NCBI GenBank assembly: GCA_024640625.1
Contig: JAHEER010000030.1
Location: 13,373-37,372, forward strand
Source of the DNA: Desulfobulbaceae bacterium
GTDB taxonomy: Bacteria; Desulfobacterota; Desulfobulbia; Desulfobulbales; Desulfocapsaceae
Length of the DNA stretch: 24,000 nt
Direction of reading: 5' to 3'
The notes under the pieces were generated by a model that saw nothing but the letters and a program-made list of their open reading frames with translations, was not told the DNA's origin and did not search any database. The translations under genes and the position numbers were made by a program. Numbering within the stretch: the first letter of the stretch is position 1; every line of letters starts with the position of its first letter. Positions 6,952 to 14,801 of the stretch are shown piece after piece.

Positions 6952-6980
6952 ACTATACCCGAACCGAAACAGCTTTTCAT
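6952..6980 (-). promoter_or_regulatory. Candidate rubrerythrin promoter
   Basis: Minus strand: ATGAAA (6980-6975), 17-nt spacer, TATAGT (6957-6952). The predicted start site falls inside the palindromic box. Pattern match only. Confidence 0.35.
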
Positions 6981-7076
6981 GTGGAGAAAACGGTTGTGTT
7001 AAATTCAGGCAGCCGCCAGGCTCCGGCAGAAAAGAAAACCCAGGTATACGGCCTTTGTTTGACCTGACACCGACCG

Positions 7077-7114
7077 GCGTGATATGTGTGAAGCGTGGTA
7101 CACGCCATTTTTTT
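7077..7114 (+). terminator. Terminator-like hairpin plus T7 run in the selU leader (possible attenuator)
   Basis: CACGCC (7101-7106) can pair with either GGCGTG (7077-7082) or GCGTG (7093-7097), and is followed by ATTTTTTT (7107-7114). It sits about 40 nt upstream of the selU ATG, and there is no upstream plus-strand gene to terminate. Confidence 0.35.
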
Positions 7115-7155
7115 GCACCCATAGCGAGAGCGAACATCACGGAGCAGAGGTACAG

Positions 7156-8268
7156 ATGTATTCAGATCGACCCACCGCAGCCTTTGAAGAGATCATTGCC
7201 GGCCAGATTCCGCTGCTCGACGTGCGCTCTCCGGTGGAGTTCAAGGCCGGCGCCATCCCCTCTGCGGTGAACATTCCTCTGCTCGACGACGAGGAGCGTC
7301 ACCAGGTCGGTCTCACTTATCGTACACAGGGCAAGGAAGAGGCTTTCAGGGTGGCCCACAACCTGGTGGACGAAGCCAAGCAGCACATGCTCAGCGAGAT
7401 CTGGTGCGCCTACCTGCAGCGCTATCCGGACACCATAGTCTACTGCGCCCGGGGCGGGATGCGATCGGCAACAGCCGCCCGCTGGATATACCAGAGCAGC
7501 AGCACCCAGGTGAGCCGGATAGAGGGCGGTTACAAGGCCATGCGCACCTTTTTGCTGAATCGTCTCGACCCCGCCACCATTACAAGCAGACCGGTGGTTC
7601 TGGGCGGCCGGACGGGGTCGGGAAAAACCCGGCTGCTCAACACCCTGGCCAACTCCATCGATCTTGAAGCCCTGGCCAATCACCGGGGGTCGACCTTCGG
7701 CCGCTTCACCACCCCCCAGCCCGGTCAGGCCGATTTTGAGAACCGGCTCGCGGCAGCCCTGATCAGACACCGCAGTGCCGGCCATTCCCACCTGCTGCTC
7801 GAGGACGAGGGACGGCATGTGGGCAAGCGATTTCTGCCCAAGGAGCTTGCGGAGTTCTTCAATTCCGGCGACCTGGTGGTGGTGGAAATCGATTTCGAAG
7901 AACGGGTTGAAAATATCTTCCAGGAGTATGTGATCGAGGCCCAGAAGCGGAGCGGGGACCTCGCCGGCCAGTCCGATGCGGTCCAGCGGATGTGGCACTG
8001 GTTCCGGGAGATGAGCCGCAACCTGGGGCGCATTGCCAAGCGTCTCGGCACTGACAGGTTCGAAGAAGTGCAGGCGCTGCTCGAATCGGGCTGCTATCAC
8101 CAGGAAAAGAACGGCGATCCACGGGCCCACAAACACTGGATCAGGCTGCTGCTGCGCCACTATTACGATCCGATGTACGACTACCAGCTGCAGAAACGGG
8201 GCAAGGCCCCGGTACTGGCCGGCAGAGAAAGCGTCATCCGCCAATACCTCAGGTCCCTGGGCAACTGA
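7156..8268 (+). CDS. selU: tRNA 2-selenouridine synthase (SelU/MnmH/YbbB)
   Basis: N-terminal rhodanese domain with the active-site context VYCARGGMRS, and P-loop GGRTGSGKT. The GGAGCAGAGG Shine-Dalgarno at 7141-7150 supports the ATG at 7156 (370 aa) rather than the track start at 7084. Confidence 0.85.
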   Translation: MYSDRPTAAFEEIIAGQIPLLDVRSPVEFKAGAIPSAVNIPLLDDEERHQVGLTYRTQGKEEAFRVAHNLVDEAKQHMLSEIWCAYLQRYPDTIVYCARGGMRSATAARWIYQSSSTQVSRIEGGYKAMRTFLLNRLDPATITSRPVVLGGRTGSGKTRLLNTLANSIDLEALANHRGSTFGRFTTPQPGQADFENRLAAALIRHRSAGHSHLLLEDEGRHVGKRFLPKELAEFFNSGDLVVVEIDFEERVENIFQEYVIEAQKRSGDLAGQSDAVQRMWHWFREMSRNLGRIAKRLGTDRFEEVQALLESGCYHQEKNGDPRAHKHWIRLLLRHYYDPMYDYQLQKRGKAPVLAGRESVIRQYLRSLGN

Positions 8269-8291
8269 GCACCCCCGCCGCTTACAGAAAA

Positions 8292-9125
8292 CTACTTGAT
8301 AAAATTCCCTGCCTTATATTCGCGAAAGGCGGTCTCCAGCTCTTCCTCGGTGTTCATGACTATGGGGCCGCGCCAGGCGATCGGTTCGCCCAGCGGAGTG
8401 CCGGACAGCAACAGGAAGCGCATTCCCGCCGGACCCGCGCTCACCGAAATTTCGTTGCCCGGCCCGTAAAGCACCAGCTGCCGGTTGTGAACAGCAGCCG
8501 AGGCCGTTGCGCCAGTGCCGTCGATGGTATAAAGCAGCACGGTGTGGCGGTCCGGAATCCGGCGCTGGAATCGGCCGTTGCCCGGCAGGGTCACATCGAG
8601 GTATTCGGGATCGGTGAAAATGTCGCTCACCGGCCCCCGGGTGCCATCACACTGGCCGGCGATGACTTTGATACGGGCCCCGTCGACGTTGATCTCGGGA
8701 ATCTGGGCGGCGCTGATCTCCTGGTAGCGCGGCGCCGTCATCTTGTCTGCGGCTGGCAGATTGGCCCAGAGCTGAAAGCCGTGCATGACGCCTTTCTCGT
8801 CCCCTTTGGGCATTTCCTGATGGACGATGCCGCTGCCGGCGGTCATCCACTGCACATCGCCCGAGGAGATGGTGCCGCTGTTGCCCAGACTGTCGCCGTG
8901 CTCGACATCGCCTTGGAGCATGTAGGTGATGGTCTCGATGCCCCGATGCGGGTGCCAGGGAAATCCCTTGAGATAGTGGGCGGGGGTTTCAGAGCGAAAA
9001 TCGTCGAGCAGCAGAAAGGGATCAAAGAGCTCGACCTCGGAAAATCCGAAGACCCGGTTCAGGTGCACGCCGGCCCCTTCAAGCACCGGGCTGGCCGATA
9101 TGATCCTGGCGGCGTTTCGTTCCAT
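8292..9125 (-). CDS. Pirin-family protein (bicupin)
   Basis: FPWHPHRGIETITYMLQGDVEHGDSLGNSGTISSGDVQWMTAGSGIVHQE is the pirin N-terminal cupin signature. 277 aa, with a GAGGAG Shine-Dalgarno. Confidence 0.9.
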   Translation of the reverse strand: MERNAARIISASPVLEGAGVHLNRVFGFSEVELFDPFLLLDDFRSETPAHYLKGFPWHPHRGIETITYMLQGDVEHGDSLGNSGTISSGDVQWMTAGSGIVHQEMPKGDEKGVMHGFQLWANLPAADKMTAPRYQEISAAQIPEINVDGARIKVIAGQCDGTRGPVSDIFTDPEYLDVTLPGNGRFQRRIPDRHTVLLYTIDGTGATASAAVHNRQLVLYGPGNEISVSAGPAGMRFLLLSGTPLGEPIAWRGPIVMNTEEELETAFREYKAGNFIK

Positions 9126-9379
9126 GACTGCTCCTCTGGCTGGGGGTGAGTAACGAGGTCTATGGCACCCTATTGTACCATGGGGGCGGCGTGCCTGCCA
9201 GGTCCACTATAGGGGTGCGGTATCGGTGCCGACCAACCCATAGGAAAACGGTATTTGACGCGACATTGCGCGAGGCGACACAATACTTATTATATCCCCG
9301 CACCCCCACGAGAAATGGAGGCCCACTGCTTAATATGCACTTGCAATAATTATGCGCCGGGTCACCTAAACAGGCAGCC

Positions 9380-10441
9380 ATGTCCATACTCAAATATTTC
9401 AGAAAACCGACCCTGCAGAACCTGTCGAAGACCTGCGGCTGAGCGGCCAAAGTCGACCCGGTCGGGCTCGGAGCGCTTCTCAACAGTCTTCCCCAGTCGC
9501 AGGATGAAAACCTGCTGGTGGGCTACAACACCAGTGATGACGCGGGGATTTACCGGATCAGCGATGACCTGGCCCTGGTGGCCACGGCCGATTTCATCAC
9601 ACCGCCGGTAAACGATCCTTATGTCTTCGGCCAGATCGCCGCCGCCAACGCCATCAGCGATGTCTATGCCATGGGCGGGGAGCCCAAAGTCTGCCTCAAT
9701 CTGCTCTGCTTCCCCTCGAAAATTTTACCGCACGAGGATCTCGAGCAGATCATTGCCGGCGCCCTGAACAAGATCACCGAAGCCGGCGCGGTGCTGGCCG
9801 GCGGTCACTCGGTGGAGGATGACGAACCAAAGTTCGGCCTGTCGGTGCTCGGCCTGGTCCATCCCGAAAAATTCTGGACCAACACCGGCGCCCGCCAGGG
9901 CGACGCCCTGGTACTGACTAAGCCGCTGGGCAGCGGGGTGCTGTTCAACGCCAACCTGAAGCGTTGGGTGAGCGACTCGGCGATGCAGCGCTGCGTCGAG
10001 GCCCTGATCCACCTGAACAGGGAAGCGGCGGATATCATGAAAAAATATGAGATCCATGCGGTAACCGACGTGACCGGTTTCGGTCTTGGCGGCCACGCTC
10101 TGGAAATGGCCAAGGGTTCCGGGGTGAGGCTGCGGATAAAGATGGACGAGCTGCCCTTGTTCGATGAAGCGCTCGCCATGTATGAAAAGGGCATGAGCAC
10201 CGGGGTCAACCGCCATAATGAAAAATTGATTGGCGCCTACCTGGAGTATGAAAACGAGTTTTCCGCCTCACAGAAAGAAATGATTCTCGATCCACAAACC
10301 AGCGGCGGCCTGCTGGCGGCGCTGCCTGCCGAGCAGGCTGCGGAGCTGGTCAGCGAGCTGCAGCAGGTACCGACCCCGGCGGCGGCAATCATCGGCGAGG
10401 TACTGAGCCGGGACGACAAACCCGGACTCATAATTTCCTGA
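9380..10441 (+). CDS. selD: Selenophosphate synthetase (selenide, water dikinase), selenocysteine-containing form; TGA at 9440-9442 read as Sec
   Basis: The track ORF 9518-10441 has the SelD/PurM-like body but lacks the catalytic N-terminus. Hand translation from the ATG at 9380, in the same frame, gives MSILKYFRKPTLQNLSKTCG-TGA-AAKVDPVGLGALLNSLPQSQDENLLVGYNTSDDAGIY... This places TGA exactly where SelD carries its catalytic Cys/Sec (GxG[C/U]xxK). The total of 353 aa is normal for SelD. Confidence 0.9.
9453..9471 (+). other. SECIS-like hairpin for Sec insertion in selD
   Basis: UCGACCC-GGUC-GGGCUCGG: about 7 bp with one bulged C and a GGUC apical loop, the same loop sequence as I recall for the E. 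coli fdhF SECIS. It begins 10 nt after the UGA, close to the ~11-nt spacing of bacterial SECIS elements. Confidence 0.6.
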
Positions 10442-10475
10442 CTGACGGCATTGAGATAAGAGTGAAAACCACTTC

Positions 10476-11411
10476 TCACTGCAGTGAACTCTGCCCCCCC
10501 GTCTCTTCACACTCCTCTTCTACAGTGCAGGCATTCTCTTCGCTGGTCAGCGGCAGCGGGTAGTTGCTTGACAGCTGTTCGGAACTCTGCACGCCAACCT
10601 GCGGCAGTGAGGGCCGGCATTGCTGGTCGATATAGGTTTGAATGGCCTTTTCCCCTCGGATCAGCGTCATCGACGCCCCCTCTTGATCGAGCAGCACCGG
10701 CACTTCCAAGATTCCCAGCCTTTTCAGAAACCTCAGGTTGACCTTGGGGCGGTAGCTGGCGACCATCTCGGCGCCGGGATAGGAAAATCCGTCATAGCGG
10801 TCGACCGGATTGAAATCAACGGCACAGGCCGTGCTCTGTTCCAGGCTGGTGAGTACCGCTTGGCAGTGGGGACAGCTCGAAGAGACGAACAGGGTGAAGC
10901 GTTTATTGAAATTATCCGGCTGATAGCGGGCCATGGTCCCCAGTTCCAGCGGCTGCAGCTGCACCGCGCCGCCATGGTAGTCGAGGCTGAAGCTGGCGAT
11001 CATCACCGCCGAGAAAATGAAAATGCCCTTGAACATCTGCTTGAGGCCCAGGCACAGGTTGGCCAGGACGATGAGGGCCAGAATGATCAGGCAATAGGAG
11101 CAAAGCGCCTGGCTGATGATGATCTGAAAGGCCAACAGCACCGCCTCGGCGGCCAGACCTGACAACAGCCACAAACTGGTGAAACGCTCCCAGATGCTGG
11201 AGCCTTTCCGGGCCCGGCTGAGCCCGAGTGCGGCGATCAGGAAATAGAAAAAGCCGGCCAGGTTGAAGTAGAGCGGGTCGACCAGGGTCAACGAATCAAC
11301 GATCTTACAGCCCTCGTTGAAACAGACGCCCTCGCCCTGCAGATAGATGAGCAGACTTTGGGCTCCGGTGATTAGACATCCGATAAGGGCAATGAAAAAA
11401 CCGACAAGCAT
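10476..11411 (-). CDS. VKOR (vitamin K epoxide reductase) family membrane protein fused to a thioredoxin-like domain
   Basis: Loop cysteine pair CFNEGC after TM1. CSYC (CxxC) lies inside a later TM helix. After a fifth TM comes a soluble domain with SSSCPHCQ (thioredoxin-type CxxC). The architecture matches bacterial VKOR-Trx fusions that replace DsbB/DsbA. Confidence 0.75.
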   Translation of the reverse strand: MLVGFFIALIGCLITGAQSLLIYLQGEGVCFNEGCKIVDSLTLVDPLYFNLAGFFYFLIAALGLSRARKGSSIWERFTSLWLLSGLAAEAVLLAFQIIISQALCSYCLIILALIVLANLCLGLKQMFKGIFIFSAVMIASFSLDYHGGAVQLQPLELGTMARYQPDNFNKRFTLFVSSSCPHCQAVLTSLEQSTACAVDFNPVDRYDGFSYPGAEMVASYRPKVNLRFLKRLGILEVPVLLDQEGASMTLIRGEKAIQTYIDQQCRPSLPQVGVQSSEQLSSNYPLPLTSEENACTVEEECEETGGQSSLQ

Positions 11412-11627
11412 GGGGATTATTAAGGGGTTATATTATTGTAATTATTTTTGTCTTTGATGTTTTTTGCTGGTAAAATCAGCGCCGTGTTCCTGTCCGGAGA
11501 TGAAACAGCGGCATAGTGCGGCCACATTGGCTCGTCTAATCTAACTCACCGAAATTAAATTGCCCACTGTTTTGGCACAATTTGTCTGTCTAACCAGGCT
11601 GGAAAGAAGTTTTAAATCCCGGGGATT

Positions 11628-11876
11628 TCAAAGAATCAGTTTCTTGAACACAAAACAGCTGAACAGGTAGGCCACGAGCACTGCCAGGTAGCCGAAATTG
11701 AAGATCAACGGGTTGTCTCTGATCGAGATGCCGCGCAGCCTGGTCGCATAAGATATGAAGGCGCCATACTGAAGGACCAGGGCGAGGAGGAAGAGCGCGG
11801 TATTGCCCCTGACGAATACGAGGACGCCTGCAAACGAGGAAACCACCAGGAAGAGGGTGTCGAAAAATTTTCTCAT
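11628..11876 (-). CDS. Hypothetical small membrane protein (82 aa, about 3 TM)
   Basis: MRKFFDTLFLVVSSFAGVLVFV...LFLLALVLQYGAFISYA...LIFNFGYLAVLVAYLFSCFVF. I prefer the internal ATG at 11876 to the track start at 11960 because the N-terminal 28 codons look non-coding. No family recognised. Confidence 0.45.
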   Translation of the reverse strand: MRKFFDTLFLVVSSFAGVLVFVRGNTALFLLALVLQYGAFISYATRLRGISIRDNPLIFNFGYLAVLVAYLFSCFVFKKLIL

Positions 11877-12016
11877 GTTCGATTCCGGGCGATGGCAGGG
11901 CCAGCGCAGCCAAAATGAATGATACCTGCAATTTTCATCTGCCGGATGATTATAATGCAATTAAATAGTATTGGTTACTGAAAATATTGGTGATAATCTC
12001 TTATTCGTCATTTCCC

Positions 12017-13222
12017 ATGCAGGATCTCTATTATTCGAAAAAATTAGACCAGTATTTTCCCACTCGAGTCGACTACCTGCTCTATGCCCATGACGGCAGA
12101 GGGCTGGGGCATGTGAGCCGGACCACGGCGGTGGGACTGGCTCTGAAGCGGCTTTACCCCGAAGCCCGGATACTGCTCATCACCGGCAGCGCCAAAACCC
12201 ATGTTATGGTTGGCCGCGGCGCGCTCGACTGGATCAAGCTGCCGTCCTATCAGACCGTACTGGCCGCGGGTGCCTCGGAAGGCAGGGACGGCGAGTCGGG
12301 ATTCTACAAATCGGTGCTCGGCAACCTGCGGGCGGAGATGATTGTCAAGATGGTCGAGGTGCTCCGTCCCCGCTGCCTGCTGGTCGACCACAATCCCGTG
12401 GGCAAACGGCAGGAGCTCCTTCCGGCGCTGGAGCAGGGGCTGGTCGCTGACTGTCACTGGGTGCTGGGCCTGCGGGCCATTGTCGGGGAAGACAAGGCAG
12501 TGTGGACCGATGCAACCGCCCGGGTGGTTGAGGATTACTACGGCGAGATTCTCTGGTACGGGGACCGCAGCGTCCTGGGGCCGGCCGCGATGGAGAGGAT
12601 CGGCTCCCATTTCGCCCGATCCCCCGCCGAAATGGGCTATGTCTCACGGGTACGTGAACTGGCCCGGTTTTACGAAGACCAGGCGGAAAATGGGGAACAA
12701 CTCGCCTGCACGGTTTCTCTTCCCTGGTTTGGCCCGCACACCAGGAGCCTTGTCCACAATCTGTATGAAGTTCTCGACCGCCTGGGGGAGCGGCACGGCC
12801 GCAGCCATATTTACGTGGAGCGCAGCCGGGCCCAGGAAGTGGCGGAATTGTTCGACCCGCTGCCCCACTGCCTGGTGGAACCCGTAGGTGACCGTTATAT
12901 CGGTTCGCTGCTCAATTCCAGGGTTGCACTGATCTACGGAGGGTACAACAGTATCCTCGATGTGCTGGCCCTGGCCACACCGGCCCTGGTCGTGCTTCGG
13001 GCAACCCGCGACCGTGAGCAGCAGGTTCATCTCGATCTGCTGCAGCGCTCTGTGGGTGGGGCTCTGCAGGTGGTAGAAGAGGTTGAGGCCACCAGCCGGG
13101 CCCTCGAGGAAGCGCTTCGGCAGCTGTTGGCGGCCGAGCCCGGCAGTTCGCCGCCAATCAACTGCAATGGTGCCGGTAACACCGCCAGACACCTGCATCG
13201 GCTCGTCCAGGAGCAGGGCTGA
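12017..13222 (+). CDS. Glycosyltransferase, GT-B fold (MurG/GT28-C-like, COG4671-like)
   Basis: N-terminal LLYAHDGRGLGHVSRTTAVGLAL...ILLITGS and C-terminal ...LIYGGYNSILDVLALATPALVV are characteristic of MurG-like GT-B enzymes. The start is uncertain (TTG at 11987 or ATG at 12017, neither with a clear Shine-Dalgarno). Confidence 0.65.
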   Translation: MQDLYYSKKLDQYFPTRVDYLLYAHDGRGLGHVSRTTAVGLALKRLYPEARILLITGSAKTHVMVGRGALDWIKLPSYQTVLAAGASEGRDGESGFYKSVLGNLRAEMIVKMVEVLRPRCLLVDHNPVGKRQELLPALEQGLVADCHWVLGLRAIVGEDKAVWTDATARVVEDYYGEILWYGDRSVLGPAAMERIGSHFARSPAEMGYVSRVRELARFYEDQAENGEQLACTVSLPWFGPHTRSLVHNLYEVLDRLGERHGRSHIYVERSRAQEVAELFDPLPHCLVEPVGDRYIGSLLNSRVALIYGGYNSILDVLALATPALVVLRATRDREQQVHLDLLQRSVGGALQVVEEVEATSRALEEALRQLLAAEPGSSPPINCNGAGNTARHLHRLVQEQG

Positions 13223-13267
13223 GCCTGGGCTGCGGAGCGGGGCACAAAAAAATAAATAGGGGAACAG

Positions 13268-13990
13268 ATGGTAGTCAGAATCGTCATTGCATTGTTCATC
13301 TCGCTGGTCTCAGGGGTTGGCTACCTGGCCGGGCTCAGCCGACTGATGAGCGGACTGCTGATCGGCTTTGGGGTAATCTGCGGACTCTTTTTCGGGCTCA
13401 TCTTTCTGCTGCCGCCGGGATCCGAAAAAATCACTTTTGCCGTCAGCGCCCAGGGGGTGTCCTGGCCCTTTTTCCTGGTGGCGCTGATTCTGATCCTGCT
13501 GATCGCTTATCTTTACCTCTATAAACCAAAAAACGGCCACAGACCTGGATTTGAAGCGCTCGGCAACTCTCACCTGCGCCGGCTGGGCTTCGGTCTGGTG
13601 CTCTACCTGGCCAGCCTGTTTCTGCCGGTGCTGCTCTGGTTTCCGTCCGCAAGCACTTTGCAGGCCGGCAAACAGTCGGAACTGGAAATAATGGCCCTGG
13701 TGGGAGTGCTGATCTTCATCGTCGGTATTTCGGCAGCGCTTTATCTGATCTACGGGTCGACCACGGGGGGCACCGAAGATAACCCGGCCCTGATGAGCCG
13801 CATTGTTCCGGCGCTGTTTTCGGTGTTTCACCTCGACAAGCTGCCGGCCCTGGTGGCCTATCTTTTGGTCTACTCGTCGGTACCCGAACTCGTCTTTCCC
13901 AAGATCGCGGCTCTCGCCCTGGCAGGCTATATACCGGTTGCCGTCTTTCTGATCAAACTCGCTTTTGCCGCTGACCAACGCCGAACATGA
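13268..13990 (+). CDS. Hypothetical polytopic membrane protein (about 6-7 TM)
   Basis: 240 aa and strongly hydrophobic throughout, with a GGGGAA Shine-Dalgarno-like sequence before the ATG. No family recognised. The antisense ORF 13310-14131 is low-complexity and was rejected. Confidence 0.6.
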   Translation: MVVRIVIALFISLVSGVGYLAGLSRLMSGLLIGFGVICGLFFGLIFLLPPGSEKITFAVSAQGVSWPFFLVALILILLIAYLYLYKPKNGHRPGFEALGNSHLRRLGFGLVLYLASLFLPVLLWFPSASTLQAGKQSELEIMALVGVLIFIVGISAALYLIYGSTTGGTEDNPALMSRIVPALFSVFHLDKLPALVAYLLVYSSVPELVFPKIAALALAGYIPVAVFLIKLAFAADQRRT

Positions 13991-14078
13991 TCGAGGAGCA
14001 GACCATGCCCCAGATACCTGTGATTGTGCGCGACAACATCGACTGCCCTGGCTCACCGGAACTAGATTTCCGCCTGCT

Positions 14079-14801
14079 ATGTGTACCCTGAGCTGGTGGC
14101 GCACCGAGGAATCCTGGGGTGTCTTTTTCAACCGCGATGAATCGCTCAGAAGAAGCGTGGCCCAGCCGCCCGCGCCCCGCGAGGAGGACGGTGTCGCCTA
14201 CCTCGCACCGCTCGACCCGGACGGCGGCGGCACCTGGATTTTTGTCAACCGGGCGGGCCTTATTGGCTGCCTGCTGAACAACTACCAGGCGCCGTTCAAG
14301 GCGGAGCATCCCATCAGCAGGGGCCTGCTGCTCAGATCGCTGGCCGGCCAGGCAAGCACCGTCGCTGCCGCAGAAGCGGTCGAGGAAGCGGAGCATGCCC
14401 GCTACTCAGGGTTTCATCTCTTCTTTTTCAACGGCGAGACGACTTTGCTCTATAACTGGGACGGCAAGAGGTTGACCCGCCAGAGCGGCAGCGAGCTCTC
14501 CCGGCCGCTCACTAGTTCAGGATTCCGGCCCGAAGAGGTCGCCGCCTACCGGAAAAACAGGTTTTCCCAGCGGGTGCTGCCCGAAGATGCAGCCTTCATT
14601 GACAGGCTCAAAGAATTTCACAGTTTTCACGACGAGCGTTTACCCGCCCATTCGCCCCTGATGGTCAGATCCGAAGCCCGTACCGTGAGCCAGAGCAGGG
14701 TCGCCGTGGATCGCCAACGGGTCAGTTTTGACTACCGGGCGGTGGAGCCACACCGACGAATCCAGCCCGCCATCCTCACCACCCTTGACCGTGACTCCTA
14801 G
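14079..14801 (+). CDS. NRDE-family protein (TANGO2/DUF833-like, Ntn-hydrolase-like N-terminal Cys)
   Basis: Begins MCTLSWW...GVFFNRDE, the Met-Cys N-terminus and NRDE motif that name the family. 240 aa. The ATG at 14079 is preferred over the track start at 13965. Confidence 0.75.
   Translation: MCTLSWWRTEESWGVFFNRDESLRRSVAQPPAPREEDGVAYLAPLDPDGGGTWIFVNRAGLIGCLLNNYQAPFKAEHPISRGLLLRSLAGQASTVAAAEAVEEAEHARYSGFHLFFFNGETTLLYNWDGKRLTRQSGSELSRPLTSSGFRPEEVAAYRKNRFSQRVLPEDAAFIDRLKEFHSFHDERLPAHSPLMVRSEARTVSQSRVAVDRQRVSFDYRAVEPHRRIQPAILTTLDRDS

Noticed and set aside
7162-8244. 360-aa minus-strand ORF
   Set aside because: Antisense to selU, which carries rhodanese and P-loop motifs. The product has no recognisable motifs and its composition is typical of a GC-rich shadow ORF.
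9343-9355. GCAATAATTATGC in the selD leader, sharing CAATAATTAT with box copy 1
   Set aside because: Only a 10-nt A/T match with a broken palindrome, which could be chance in an A/T-rich promoter spacer. Mentioned only as a weak possible third site.
9126-9379. 254-nt pirin/selD intergenic region, checked for a tRNA-Sec (selC) or another structured RNA; a long-range pairing GCACCCTAT...ATAGGGGTGC is present
   Set aside because: Neither strand has a T-loop (GTTCRANYC-like) or acceptor-stem pattern. The region must also hold two divergent promoters, so the evidence for an RNA gene is insufficient.
11428-11450. A/T-rich run TTATATTATTGTAATTATTTTTG upstream of the VKOR gene, loosely resembling Fur hexamer repeats
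   Set aside because: It has no clear dyad and lacks the shared 13-mer. It is more simply explained as promoter or UP-element A/T richness.
13310-14131. 273-aa minus-strand ORF; similar cases are 15082-15774, 12044-12610 and 12644-13198
   Set aside because: The products are highly charged or low-complexity and lie antisense to hydrophobic or motif-bearing plus-strand genes. None has a Shine-Dalgarno or a recognisable family.
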